Notes: generated by a model not told the origin, from the letters alone. 62,204 bases of DNA, filler included, from Rhabdomonas costata (GCA_019059605.1; 34 parts of 34 records of this genome joined end to end with filler, not necessarily neighbours in it); one strand, 5' to 3'. Numbered from the whole stretch's first letter, positions 13,217 to 27,017 are shown. Numbers and translations: made by a program.

Positions 13217-14395
13217 CGGGGCCCAGGAAGGCCATCCTGAGCTTTGAGTGGAGCCCAGCCATGCGGCTGTATGCCAGCTGCGGGCCTGAGCCAGAGATCA
13301 GTCTGTGGACGCAGTGGATGCGGAAGCCGATCATGCGGTTTAACAGTGGCTGCACCACCACCCTGGAGGTCGCCTTCAACGCCAACCCGGTGCAGCTGCT
13401 CACTCTGGGCCAGGACAGTACTATCCGGTTCGTGTGCGTACATCCTCACCACGTCTTCCGCCACCCACTCCCCTTGAACAACGAGAGACTTCCCCTTTAG
13501 TATGCGCCTCCCCCCGTTACATTAAATTACAAACGTTTGGCCGTGGCTTCCGTACGAATTCGCTAAGAGGCTCCTTTCCGACCTTTTCACCCAAAACCGA
13601 ACGCATTTGGATTAGGTTTTCTACTGTCCTCAAAGGGTGTGGGACGTCCGCGTCTTCAAGTGCCTGCAGGTGCTGCCCCATGAGCAAAGCCTTGATAATC
13701 CCTACACCGCTATGATGTTCGACTCCACCTCACAGGTTGAACACTGCTTTCTTTTGGCGGGGGAGGGGGTGGCTTGTAGTTTGCTGCGTGTGCCGTTAAC
13801 ATTGCGCCTGGGCCATTTACTGCTCGAGCAGAAGCGACCTGCACTGCAGAGGAACCCATCGGTGAAATGATGTGAAATAGGAACCGGGGGAGCGGAGGTG
13901 AGCTGCTGCGGTTATGGTCAGTTGTATCTGGCGTGATGCTTGGGAGGGGAGAGGCATATCCATTTCCCGCGATTATTCCGTACGCTCAGTACGGAAACCA
14001 TTGCAGTCTCGCAGCAATCACCGATTTCAAGTGGCAGCCTTGCCCTTCCATTCCCACCGCATTTGCAATAGATGCGCTCGGACTCCTCACAGGAGTGGAT
14101 GTATGACCTCTCTGGCCGGCAGCCCACAGTTCGCCGCAGCGTCCGGCTGAGTGTCAGCGTTCCCTGCAACGCCTCCAGCGCCGGCTCTGGCTCCTCCTGT
14201 GGCTCTGGCCGTGACCCTGGCCCTGAATCTCCTCTGCAGGCTCTGTCTGAGCTCTTTGGGAAATACTTGGGGCATCTTAGGGAAGGCACCCCGTTTCCTC
14301 CAGAGGAGATCCCTTTGGCAGCTGTTGTGGCGGACCCCGCGCTGAGTCCCGAGGCCCTGGAAGTTGCCCACGCCTTGTCTTCCTTGACACGAGAG
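13217..14395 (+). CDS. WD40-repeat protein fragment, WDR49/WDR64/EFCAB8-like (exons 13217-13427, 13636-13735; 14072-~14395 less certain)
   Basis: ILSFEWSPAMRLYASCGPEPEISLW...VAFNANPVQLLTLGQDSTIR|VWDVRVFKCLQ shows WD40 blade signatures across an in-frame GT-AG intron. Confidence 0.78.
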
Positions 14396-17300
14396 GTGCA
14401 GGTGCATCCCAGTGGCCTGGAGATTCCCTACAGGATGTGAGATGCACCCTAACTTGGAAACGTGGATCCGGGGGACCGGTTTTTTTGTGGTCCTGCCGCA
14501 AATTTTGGAACTTGCTTGGTGTCCATGTAGAGCAACTTTTGCGGCAGGACCACCAAAANNNNNNNNNNNNNNNNNNNNNNNNNNNNNNNNNNNNNNNNNN
14601 NNTTAATTAATTAANNNNNNNNNNNNNNNNNNNNNNNNNNNNNNNNNNNNNNNNNNNNTTTTTTTTTTTGGGTTTTGGGGGGGGGGTCAGCCTTCATCTC
14701 CATCATGCTTACTGAACAAGACTCTGCATACTCTGAATAGTAATATGATGCTGCAAATCCTGCGACCAAAGTCCTTGATGGTGGGGTCACATTTGCGTTG
14801 CATATTGCCTATTGCCTTCTGCCTATACCCCTGTTCCTTGAGCACACACGATCACCGTGAAAACGGTTTCGAGCGGGTAATGAACAGATGCACACAACCC
14901 TATAACCTTTTAACCGCGGAAAGCGGAAAAAAGGGTAAAACACCCGTATTCTGTTGCGTGCCGCAGGGCAGTCACCGATGAGAGCCGCCGTGCACTGGAC
15001 TCATACCGCAACATCTCTTCCAGCCTCCACGACGACCTGCTGCGGGCCAGGTGTCCTGCCTGCCTACTTCTGTGCGGCTCGTCATTCATTCGTCGTGACT
15101 ATCGCTTTCGCTATCTCCGACCTCAGTTGCAGTTCCAAAGATCCCGAAGAAAAGCGTCCAAGGAAGCAGATGAAGACCCAGTCACTCTGCCGGGGGTTGA
15201 AACGCCAGTAGCACACGAGATTTGTCAGCAGCTCATCCCTTTTAACCTCACGAACAAACACACTCCCTTGGTCACTTGTGGAGATGGCGGTCAGGGGCAG
15301 CCCCTTGGCAGCCTCACCCAGAACATTCGGCACCCCTCTTGTCTGCCACCCACTAGATCACACCAGTAGCCCACTCTCCACTCTCTTATAGCTCTCCTGT
15401 GAATCCCCCAACGCGTTACCGCCTCTCCCAGCATTTCACGTGCTCATTTTTGTTTGGAGTAGGTTCCCCTGCCCGCTTGTCTTCCAGATTTTGCCCCCGT
15501 GATCCGTGACGCATGCTTTATCCTCTTCCTCTTTCTTTTTCCAGTACTGGGACCGTGGGAATGCCGATGGCCACTCCTCTGCCTGTAAGGTGCTCTGCCC
15601 ACTCGCCTTCTATTCTCTCACTTCCCTTGCTTTGTAAGGTACATTGGTCTAGAAACTGTTTTTGAATTGTGTGGGAAGATTTTGTGTTGTTCGAATTACG
15701 ATTACGATGCAAATCGGTTCTTCCGAAGCTTTTTCTTTATCTTTTTCTTTTGACTGTCAAAGGTAACCAAGGATAGTAGGTGTCCGACCGTCGAAGTGGT
15801 GGGTGTCCTTTAAATGTGCCATGGGATTCGGGATCGGATTCCAAGCGCTAATAAGGTGCACTTCTGAATGTTTCGGTTTGTCTCTCTGTCGGATTTTGAG
15901 ACCCAGATATGAACCTTTTCCTTTCCCCTTCCTCTCAACCCAACTCATTTCCCTTTGCTGGATTTTCGCAGCGTGGCTCCAGCTCTCCCTCCGCCAGCAA
16001 GGTACCCATCCGGCTCTCATACCATCGTTCCATTCCAATTTTGCTTGCAGTTTTTTTTTTTCGAAATCATGAGATCCGCAGCAACATGGCTTGCCCGCAG
16101 ATTCGGGGAGCCGCACAATGGTTCGGTGGAGAAAGCAAGGAGAGAGACGCGTCTGATGCCGTCATAAAGGGCAAATCATGAGATCTGTCGGTGATGCCCG
16201 GGGACAATGGGCGCCGCATTTGTGGATAACTTGCGTGCGTGGCTACGCTCAACTCCTGGTTCATTCGTTTGTTGGTTGATTGGTGGGTGCATGCGTGCCT
16301 TGTCGATATGGAGTGCTGTAGTTGCATTTTTTTCACGCCTCCCCCCACCCCATCTCTCCTGCATCTCTCTTTTCACCTTTAGGGACACCAANNNNNNNNN
16401 NNNNNNNNNNNNNNNNNNNNNNNNNNNNNNNNNNNTTAATTAATTAANNNNNNNNNNNNNNNNNNNNNNNNNNNNNNNNNNNNNNNNNNNNTTTTTTTTG
16501 CTTACCGCGCGGCTTGCCTCATTCTGGATTGTCCAGTGACGGTTTCGGTGGGTCCCCGACTGTTGTGACAGTCTATGTCGGTCGGAGTAGGGAGAAGTGA
16601 ATGATAAGGAATAGACCGGCCGTTTGGTGTTGACCCCTGCTACTGCAAGAACCTTTGTGCCGGAGTGAAAATAGACCGGCTCTTTCAGATGCAAAAATAT
16701 GTTTTCATCACAGGGATGTACGCTCTAGGTTTGCTTTGGTCGCATCCCTCAGCTCCTGCACCTCTTGCCTTTCTTGTTTAGGGATGATTTCAGCTCGACT
16801 GTCAAAAGCTTATGTCCTATGCCGCAGTTTACTCTTGAAACCGGTTCCTCTTCAGTGGGTTGCATTATCGCTATTGATAGTCATTGTCGAAAGCCTGCGC
16901 CTCTCCCTCTGTTTTTTTTTCGCGAGGTGCCAGGGAGAGTTTTGTGTTGTGTTTGTGTTGTTTGTGCCCATTTATAAGCATCGATAATATTTTCGTTTGG
17001 GACGTGACCTTGCTTAATGGTATAGTATTTTCGATTGATGCCGGAAACATATCGGCGTTGCCCCCCCCCCCACGGCTGCTATGTGTTTTTGCGATTTTGT
17101 TGTGTATTTTGTGTTCAATCTCTCCCTTCCCGTCTCTGCAAGCGGGCTGATAATGAGTGCAAGTGTTTTGGCGTTTTTGCCTTGCTCGAAGTGGAAGGTG
17201 TTTCAGTGATGCGTGCCAGCTGGTTCTTTCGCGGTTTTCTAGAGGTTTCCTTTCCCTTGTTTACTTACAACTTTAATTACTGTGTCACCTTGCGAGTTTT

Positions 17301-17778
17301 TTTGCGACCAAGACACAATGGAAAGACCCTTCAACTGGTCCACCATTGTAGAGGCAACGTTAAATGGATAGAGTGTGGGTGGCGGCCACTGCGGTAGGCG
17401 CCGGGGGACAGCTTGCCATAGTGCGACGCAACCACAGCCTTTTCGCACCTACGCCCACAGCTGTTTCGTTCTCTTCTACAGTTCTACAGGTGCCCCACCC
17501 CCATTCCATTCCCAAGAGTATGTTCCACATTTCCTCAGAAACATCGCTTCGCATTTCACGGCACAAGGGCGGCTCAAACATCGTTTGTTCCCTGCATTTT
17601 CATTTTAGAAAAACCTTCCACAGTACCTTCACATCCTTCACAAGAAATTTGGTTTTTTCTGTTCAGGCTGAACGCTTAAAACAGAGTTTTCTCTGTATTT
17701 TCCTGCCAGTTTTTGTTTCTCATGGTTGCCGCTGCTTTTCTGACGAGCACTCATGTTGGTGTCGAGTTGACTTGTTGA

Positions 17779-17918
17779 ATGTCTGCGCTTCGGAATTTTG
17801 ACTTTGTTCCCAAGCCCAAGGCCGAGAGTGCGGTGGAGCGGGCCCAGCGGGAACGGGAGGCACGTAGCAAGGAGCGGGTGCATGCGCAGGCCGCCTGCCG
17901 CTTGCAGAAGTGGCTGAG
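17779..17918 (+). CDS. First exon resembling the N-terminus of UBE3B/UBE3C-type HECT E3 ligases (charged helix plus IQ-like motif)
   Basis: MSALRNFDFVPKPKAESAVERAQREREARSKERVHAQAACRLQKWLR|GT matches the 'ERA..ERE.R...R...AA..IQ.W.R' pattern of that family. Confidence 0.6.
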
Positions 17919-19289
17919 GTCTCTCTCTCTCCCTCTCATTCATCAGGTTGACACTGCAACGCGGTGATGGAGGCGGAAGGGACGAAGAGAGACCGCATGA
18001 TACGAGCCCTGGTTGTGGACTTTCCAGTCCGTTTTTCATGTTGGCCCTCCTGTCCTGGACAGTTTTTTTGCACCGAAGTGTCTCTGCTGGGAATCTCCAT
18101 TCGAAATTGAGGTGAAAATGCGATGGTGTGCGCTCCGCCCTTTTGAGGGTGCTTTTCTAATTGTTTACTTCTTCTCCTTTTCGGATGGAGATTCCCAGCA
18201 GAGACACTTCGGTACAAAAACCACNNNNNNNNNNNNNNNNNNNNNNNNNNNNNNNNNNNNNNNNNNNNTTAATTAATTAANNNNNNNNNNNNNNNNNNNN
18301 NNNNNNNNNNNNNNNNNNNNNNNNCAGTCACAGTGCAAAGCGCTTTTCCGGCAACAAACAGAAACGGATCTCACAAGGTGGTGCCATACTCCCAAAATGA
18401 CTGCTTTCTGACCCCACGTGAGGATTGGCCACAACGCAAGCAATTCCAGCGTTTCATTTTCTCGAGGTAAGCTCGAGAGTTTTCATTTTCGAGCTTTCCT
18501 TGGGAACCGCACGGATGCGCTTTTGACCCTTCCTGGCCAAATTATGCAATAGCTTGGGAGTACGTAGCACAAACCGGAGGTGTGGGTAGCTCCGCGGGGG
18601 GTTACGCAATGGCGCAGGAAAACCACGAGGGCTGCGTGAAACGGTCATCGGCGTGGGCGTCAGTTAGTTTCAACTACGATGAAGGACATCCACAATCCAA
18701 AGTGGGCAATGGGAAGGCACTGACACCATGCCTTGCGCCATACCAACTCACAGGTAACAATGTTCTCGGATCTTAACCTTTTGTACTGAATTACTGCAGG
18801 AGCTTTCCATCGGACTCTTTTTGCGCTTCTTTTTGTGGGCTCCGGAAGGTATGATCTCCTCCATACTGCACGCATTGGTGTGGAACGCCCTGCCTCCCAC
18901 ACACACAAATGCACTCACACACGCTGCTTTAAAAGATGGGGGGAAACATAATATGCAACTCACAAGTATAGTAGGTATGACTGGGTGGACTGGTGCATAT
19001 CTCGCCGTGACATGTGCCGCCCTCTCACCTCTTGCGAGATAACAAACTGCAATAACTTGCTGAAGCAATGTTTTGCTACGCTTCCCTTCGTGCGAATACA
19101 AAGCAAGTTTTTTTCCGTGTACCTGAACCAGATTTTGTACATTCCTTTGTTCCGCACTTCATGATGGCTCCTGTGCGAGCTCACCGTGGCGCCTACACCA
19201 GACGCCGACCTCCCCCTCTGGTCGCCACTCGATCCCCGCCCTTTTCAGGGGTTTCCCATCCATCCTTTTCCCTCGATGTGGCGAGGACA

Positions 19290-19391
19290 GATTCAGCGCG
19301 AACTGAAGCCGAGCCCTGCGCCGAACTTGCGGTGCTGCAGTACATCCCGGACACCTCCCCTCTGCCATGCCCCCGCATCTATGTCACGGAG
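19290..19391 (+). CDS. Possible exon of a phosphotransferase/kinase-like (APH-type) protein
   Basis: ELAVLQYIPDTSPLPCPRIYVTE|GT resembles the APH-family 'E...L.yl...t.lP.P.vy' segment. 5' border uncertain. Confidence 0.3.
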
Positions 19392-20229
19392 GTGTCCCAC
19401 ACAACCGCGGAAAGGAGGGTGGTCCGGCAGAAGCGTGGCCTCGGTACCTTCTTGGGGCTTAATGCTCTGTGGCGATCCTTGGCTGCAGTGTGGCTTCGTA
19501 AATAATGAGGACAGTGCCACAAGTGTCAGTCACACACACATAGTGTTGCACAAACATGCTCCATCCCTCTCCAACTCCCTCAGTGATAATGACTCCTTCT
19601 CGAATCCGCGTCAGCTCAGATCCCTCAAATCATCGGAGCAGGCTGGCGAAGAAAGCCTGGGGTTTTTCCTCGGGCTGTTCTCTGGAGTGGGCCTTCCCCC
19701 CCCCCCTCGGCGGTTAGTAGCAAGAACAGTGTCGCACACAATCTCACAGATTTCGCACAGACACAGACAGACCCACGGAACAGCAGATACTTACACACGC
19801 GCAGCTCCCGTATGCACGGAATTCAAGGGATCAGTAGAGGACGACTTCAACTTTACATCAGCCAACCGCACTCAAACACACGAACCCACCCGAATTCCTT
19901 CCCACAGTCGTGCTTGTTTGCTTGTGGAATGGTACACCTCTCTTTTTCCCTTGCTTCTTCTTTTGGAAGGGGTCCACCCCCCACCTCCCTCCCCTTGCCC
20001 TCTAGGGAAGGGGGGTACGTGCGGGGAGGGCAAGGGGAGGGAGGTGGGCAGCANNNNNNNNNNNNNNNNNNNNNNNNNNNNNNNNNNNNNNNNNNNNTTA
20101 ATTAATTAANNNNNNNNNNNNNNNNNNNNNNNNNNNNNNNNNNNNNNNNNNNNGGGGGGTCGCAGGGGGAAGTTCCGTCGGCAGTTCCACAAGTGGTTCC
20201 GCTCCGTGTGTGAGGTGCGGGCTGCTCAG

Positions 20230-21885
20230 GCCGCGGCCCCGCGGAAGAGACCCCCACCTCCCATCCTTGCTGGCCTTCCGGGACTTCCCGTGAACGAGGA
20301 TGTCCAGCAAGGCCCCACCGCGGCGGAGGTGGCCGCAGAAGCGGCCGCTGAGTTGGAGCGCACTCGGCCGAAGTTCCGCGTGCTGGAGGCACTCACCCCC
20401 ACGGTCCTTCGTGCACACACGCGCACTCGCATGCCCCCCCCCCTCGCGTTTCCATGCGGTCAGCGTAGTGGACTTGTGCGATGTATATATGGTGGGTTTC
20501 CGTGTGCTGGCGTGTACGCTGTATGCGCAGACCATGTCCTGCTTCACTGACACAGTATACATTTTTACTGGTGGGCTTGCGGCAGGAGCTCGCTGGGCTG
20601 GAGAGGATTCTCCCGAACCCGAAAGCTCCCCAGCGCCTGGTGCTTCCTCGGGAAGGTGATCCGCAGACTTTCTCGAGGGCATCGTCCATCCTGTTCACAG
20701 GTCTTGTTGTGCGACTTAACTGATTGGGTTTTTCAAGGGAGTGTCAAGCGTCTGCCTGTGAACGCAGCCGACGAAACGCTCGTTGCACCTTCACCCTGGG
20801 AAACGTCGATGCGGCACTTAACTGGGCTTGCAGTGGGAACTTTTGATTGTGGGGGAACCCTTAAATGAGGCCCTCCACAAAACCACTTCGGGCAAGGAGT
20901 CCCCGGCGGCGGTGGCGGGGAGGCACCCTAAGGTAGACCCAATCCACAAATTGCTTCATGCTCGCATTCGGGGTCAACACAGTTTGTTGGCTTGACAGCC
21001 TTTCTTATTTCCATAGGTGAGTGGGTGGCACCAATTCAACGCACATCACGCTTGGGGCACTATTCCTGTGCACAGTGATGTCTTGTTAGGTTTAGTTTGC
21101 ATGAGAAGGAGTGCCCTGTCACAGGTGTAGTCAGGTGTCATGCCCCATTAGGATCATCACGTGAACACTCTTCCTGTGATCTGATTGAAGATTTTGCCTG
21201 GTGACCTCCTCAATCCTCGACAACTCCCACACTGAGGGATACTTTTTAAGAAGAGAGAAGTTTAAGGGGTGCCGGAGGCACTGGTAGTGATTTCCCAGCA
21301 ATGTGCCATTCAATTTCACAGACCGCCTTCAACCCCCTCCAGTTTGCAAAATAGCTGGGAAGCTTCTTCTGGCACCATTTCCCCATAAAAAGGCCACTTA
21401 TTGCGGAAGACGCTTCTTGACCAAAACATTCCCATGTTACATGCTGTGCTGTGTACACAGATTCTGATGGCACCCTGTCGCCCTCCGCCTCGTTTGCCTC
21501 GGTGCCCAGCCAGCCCGGTTCCCTGGAGCCCTCCCCCCGCTCTGTTGGCAGTGTCCGGCGTCTGCGGCTCATTCCCCGAAGCCCTGTCAGCCTCACCCCT
21601 TCGCATCGCCAAGCCGCGGACGACCCCGTAACTCCCGCCACTGTCCCTGCCATTGGGGTAACCTTCGACCCCACCCCGACGTCCAGGTCCGTCCCCACGC
21701 TCAGGGGTCACTCCACTACCCCGAAGCACGCCGCTCAGGGAACATCGACGAGTGGAAGGCTGCCCCAGGTTTCGCAGCAGCGTCTTAGCCCAAAGGGCAG
21801 CTGCCGCGGCACGGAGGGCGGTGTGGAGTCTCCGCGCAACGGAACCCCTTGCATCTCCAGCCCCAGGACGCCCTCCACCACCACA
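20230..21885 (+). CDS. Unknown Pro/Ser-rich protein (exons 20230-20403, 20586-20655, 21461-contig end)
   Basis: Three GC-rich segments with GT-AG borders splice in frame (...VLEALTPT|ELAGLERILPNPKAPQRLVLPRE|DSDGTLSPSAS...). Confidence 0.7.
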
Positions 21886-21985
21886 NNNNNNNNNNNNNNN
21901 NNNNNNNNNNNNNNNNNNNNNNNNNNNNNTTAATTAATTAANNNNNNNNNNNNNNNNNNNNNNNNNNNNNNNNNNNNNNNNNNNN

Positions 21986-22860
21986 GGTCACAAACTGCTG
22001 ATGGTAGAATTGGAAATTCCCCTCCGACATTTTCAATTGCTCCAACCTCCACACTACGTTGTAGTCCCACGTCTGTGCACACAGCCGCCTCTTCAACGTT
22101 TCTACAAACTCTTTCCAGTATGTAAAGACTTGACCTGGCGCAACAATTCCTCTGGAATGTGCACCCAAGGCTCATGTTGCATAAATGATCGCAACGTGAT
22201 CTGGAAGCCTGCAAAAGTCCTTCAGCTCTTCTACAGACACAAGCCACGGTAGGAAATCAGCTGGGTTCCCGTCGTACTTCCGGAACTCTGGATCTTTCTC
22301 CTGCAATTTCCGCAATGCTCCCAGCGCCTCTGGAACTGTGGAAGCTGGCGCACCTCCTGCACTCTGTAAATCTTTGTCTGAGGGTCCAGCCACCACTCTC
22401 CGCAGCAACTCATGTGTAATATCGTGATTGTACCGCTGCAGATGCTCCATGCTCTTGAAAAAGGATACCATTTGGGTTATAAAAGTCTGCTCATCTGTGG
22501 TGCAGTGGCTGCGCTCGACTTAGGAGGTGGCTGATTTATTGACATCAAATCGAAACACACCTCTGGAATTGGGCTGATCTCCACTCATGGTGGGGAATCA
22601 GATGAACTCGACCCCTCTTAAATCAACCGTCCCCTGAACTCTGTGGACTCGGTCGCCAGCTGCCGAACTCTGAAACGTACCAGCACTCTGTAGATGGTTA
22701 TTCCACACAGGCACTTCTTGCCTAATCTGAAAATCGAAGTCGGATCTTTTCCTGTTGCACACTGGAATCAATATTCACCACGTTTCACTGGATTCCTTTG
22801 CTACCCACTCTGCCCAAAATATGTCGTACACTTCCTATGTTACCACGTGCCACAACGTGA
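21986..22860 (-). mobile_element. Degenerate LTR retrotransposon gag
   Basis: PEFRKYDGNPADFLPWLVSVEEL...VAIIYAT*ALGAHSRG...WKEFVETLKRRL...VVWRLEQLKMSEGNFQFYHQQF follows the Retrotrans_gag pattern (F.G....f..W, W..F...L...f, L..L.q...v..Y...F), with internal stops. Confidence 0.75.
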
Positions 22861-24400
22861 TGCGTGGTACTCCAACAGAGCTGCGCTCCTCGTGCCGCAG
22901 AGGGTTTTCTCGACTTATTCCTCTGCTACCATGTGTCACACTCCAACGATATTGCTGGAACACTTACGTGGCTCCTACCTCTGGAGGTGGTGATGCCTCT
23001 GGATCCTGCTCGCGTTGGACTGTATCCCGACCTTGCTTGCACAAGGCGGGCGCTGCCTCGACTTACCTAGGTGACTCGCACCTAGACCGTGGCTTCCATT
23101 CTGCACTTCCCGTGGGTCGCTGTGGAGCTGCTTTCCTCGAGCGTAGCCTTTCTGAAATAGGGCGTGGGGCGCCGACCACTTACCTTCACCAAGCCGGTTG
23201 GAATCTGGAAACCTTTGGGGGCACAGATTCTGCAAATGACGTGGGGGGATGCACGTGTGGCTCTGTGGAGGGGCTGCTCTGGACACAGTTGGGGTCGAAT
23301 TGTGGGGCCTTAGGGCTCACACCTTTTGGGTTTTTGGAGGGGTTCCGCTGGTCTTGTCTCGCTGCTTATGCCTTTTCCCGATCTCCCAACCAAAGCGAAG
23401 GATGTGGAAGTGGCACACGACTCACACGCCCTGTCATGTGTAGCTCTGCAGCGTTCCCACCCCCACACGCTCTGCAAACACACCGCCTCTGTACCCTCTG
23501 CATGGCCCTCCTGGTCTCCGCTCGGCTCTGGCCTGCGACTCTGCTGTGGTTCTTTTAGGGCACATCTATAACAACAAAAGGCGAAAAGCAACGAGAAAAA
23601 CACTCTGGAAAACAAAGAGACGATTTTTGGATTTCCTCAATACCTAACGTAAAATTTGAAATCCTAGACAAAAAAGGGACATCACCTTTCAAACCCCCAA
23701 ACCAAACACACCCACCACNNNNNNNNNNNNNNNNNNNNNNNNNNNNNNNNNNNNNNNNNNNNTTAATTAATTAANNNNNNNNNNNNNNNNNNNNNNNNNN
23801 NNNNNNNNNNNNNNNNNNTCTTGTGGTTGGGGTCTACGTTCCTTTGGTTGCTTCTTTTGCAAAACGTAGCCTTGAAGAAACCAAGGGGCCCTTTTTATCA
23901 GCACCATGATGCTCCGTTTCCATACAAAAACGTACCTATCCCTCTTATCCCAAAACATCCGGATCAATCATCGGGTAATGGGTGTGTGGCATTTTCCCGC
24001 AGCCTCACACTAGCTGCTCTCGGGGCTCGTGTAATCTGTGTCTGTGTCTGTGTCTACCTGGTTTATAAGAAAACTGGCAACCGTGACATGCCCACGTCGC
24101 CCGACACGCAACAGCGGCTCCCCCAGCACCGCAGATTAGAATATGCCGCCTCAGATGTTGCAAGAGAGTGCCGAGCAGGGGCAACGGAAGAGGAAGACGG
24201 GGAGGTAAGAATGGGGAAAAGGGCAGTGCTGATGATAGCAGGACGGCTCAGGTTGGAGTTTCAGGCTATTGAAAAACAAAACTAATGTACACAGAAAGGG
24301 AGCGGGAGGGGAGGGGAAGGTGTCATGGTACGGCGAGCCCGTTCCATTTCCCCCCTCCGGGCAAGCAAATAAGCAAGCAATCAAGCAGCACCCTGGGATT

Positions 24401-25049
24401 GGAGGATGGGAGAAAAGGACCTCAAAAAAAAGGACTGGAAAAGCACGACCACGGCCGAGGACCTTGAATTTGCCTCCACAGCAGTGTCCGCTGCTGCGTG
24501 GCATGTCTGAATGTTCAGTGAAGAGAAATCGGTCACACGGTGCACCACATGGAGGAAGGTGCAGGCAGTTCAAGAAGGAAGTGGGGCATAGAGAGCCAAG
24601 AAAGACAGCGATTGGAAAAGCACGTAACTAGCAACTAGTGTGCACAAGATAGAAGGGGAGGGGGGAGGGGTCTGATGGTGTGACATTGCGGCATGGCGTA
24701 CAACCCAGTGCAACAAAAATTCAACATAACCGGGATGTGCGGCGAGGAAGAAGGGCACATAAATCCTCGTAAAAATCTGCCAGCGTTCTGCCTACACACA
24801 GACACACACTTGCCTCTCAGGAGTGAGTCCCAACCCCCCTTGTGAACGAAAAAGGAAAAAGCAACACATGCACATGCACCATGCGATAGGAGGATGGGAG
24901 AAAGTGGAAAGTGGAGACTAACACAAAGAACTGGAACAGCACGACCTTAGATTTGCACCCAAAGCAGTCTCCAGTCTCCGCTGTAGTGGATGTTTGAATG
25001 AAGAGAAGTCGGCTACACGGTGCACCACATTGAGGAAGGTGTAGACAGG
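24401..25049. repeat. Diverged ~160-bp direct repeat, two copies (24401-24568 and 24889-25049)
   Basis: Shared blocks in the same order: ggaggatgggagaaa, actggaa.agcacgacc, atttgc, tgaagagaa.tcgg, cacggtgcaccacat.gaggaaggtg. Confidence 0.85.
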
Positions 25050-27017
25050 AATGCTTGAGTGGTGCAAGTGGGTTGGCGTTCACGAAGGACGGACGCGAAA
25101 AAGAATATTTGGGAACGCGTATGTTCTTCACTCTTCTATATTTAAGAGAGTTTTATGATTGTTCGTGTACGTCTGCGCAACGACCGTGCAGGGGCACATT
25201 AAAATGCTTCGCTCTCGCATCTTTTACTTCCAGACAACACACAAACGCATACAAAGGAACTTCAAAGAAAAAAGGGCATCTGAGCGTTCCCACTCAATTT
25301 CTGCGCTTTGTTTTTTTTTTGCGACTGTGCGCAGCTGTCGGCGTGCATACCCACCCGCGCAGAACTTTTCAAAAAAGCCCCTCACAAGAAGAACTCCGGG
25401 AAGACATATACAAACAAAGACCGAATATTTTCGGGTTCCACCCTGACGCACACCTGCGAGCGAACATCAGCGCACGTGGAACTCACCACTACCGTACAAC
25501 TGTATGCAAAGACACAATCCACACACGCACCCCTTAAAAAACAACCACCCCNNNNNNNNNNNNNNNNNNNNNNNNNNNNNNNNNNNNNNNNNNNNTTAAT
25601 TAATTAANNNNNNNNNNNNNNNNNNNNNNNNNNNNNNNNNNNNNNNNNNNNTGTGTTGGGGGCGTTCGGTGCGTGCATATCGCCCGCCGGCTTGTCATTT
25701 CGATTCCCTCGATCCCTGCAGACTTTGAGCCCGCACTGGTGCCGTGTTTAAGCTTCATAGATGTGGTCGGTCCAGCTGGCCCAATTGACGTTAGGGGGTG
25801 GGCTGGTAACCGTTACCAGTGTTAACAAACATCGATTGTTCTATTCTTACTTGTAAAAAGGTTCGTTAGGGGGTTTGGTTACCCGTGCCACGGTTCACTC
25901 AATAACTATTCTTGGGTTGCACGTCAAAATCTGGTGCTGGCCAAGGACCAGACCATGCCCCTCTCTACCGTCGTTTTTGGTCGTTTTTGTCATGGAGCAG
26001 CTTTTCGATGGTGCTGTTTCACCATCGTTTTGAGTTCTCATCGTCAACTCGGCCCTACCAGGATTCCAGGAGCGAACAGATATTCTATTCGACTTCTCCG
26101 AACTCCCTTGGGGATCGCTGTCTTCGTTTTCAGGCTAGCGGCGAAGGCATGGGGCTGGGATGTCGAACGGGGCTGCCCGGTGGACCCTCCGAAAAGGTTT
26201 GGACCCAGGGTTTCTCCGCGATTGCCCATTCAGACGTTTTCTAACGTTGTGAGAAAAGGTCACCTGGTTGTGGAGGACGTTCACTTGAATAACTTCGGGA
26301 TGTTTTGCTTGTGGTGGAAAAGCTCATGTTTTGGGGTGCTGTGGCTTGGGGCTGAGGGAAGGGCGGTTTCTGAGGTTAAACCCCGGAACAGCTCGAAAGG
26401 TTTCTCAACAAGCTGAAAGCGTCTCTTTTTTCTTCTGAAAAGGAAGTTAATATGGATTGGTATGCGGTGTTATTCTCGCATTTCCGTTATTGGGTTAGTT
26501 TTGCGTTAGAAACAGCTCGTTGAGTCCAATGGAACTTTCCGTGCCGTGCCTGCTGTGAGTGCTTTAGTTTTTTCGGTGCAGCGCGCTGGGTTTGGTGTTT
26601 TATAACTTCCACGAAACTTGCCTCTGCAGGGGAATGGGTTGGACACATTGGGACATCCGCCTGGCGAAGATAGTGCGCTCGCTGTGGCTCTTCGGGGAGG
26701 GGCCCTATCTTCGCTCAATGCAGGTCATTGGCCTAAATGTACCCCCTTCTCCTCAGCCGCAGCTTTTTTTTTTTCACCTTTCGACGGTTCTTGCGGCTCC
26801 TCTGCCCGCTTGGATGTTGACGGTTGGTAATGTGGAGGTGATGTTTTGGTCCTTTTCTAAGCACCTGTGAGCTGCATCATCTGCTGGCTGTTGTAGCGCG
26901 CACGCTCGTTGCCAGGGCCCCCATCTAACCGCCACTATGACTTAATCATTCCAGGTGTGTGTTGGTTGTGTGTGTGTGTGTTGTGTGTGTTGGCGCCTTG
27001 ATATGTGTGGCACGCAG

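Noticed and set aside
15082..15333. Possible DIRS/tyrosine-recombinase remnant (LTAISTSDQGSVFVREV)
   Set aside because: Resemblance is too weak and catalytic R/H-x-x-R/Y residues are not identifiable.
9600..22200. Stop-codon reassignment suggested by in-frame TAG/TGA/TAA in pol and gag
   Set aside because: All three stop types occur together with frameshifts in TE relics, while host exons have no internal stops. This fits pseudogenisation.
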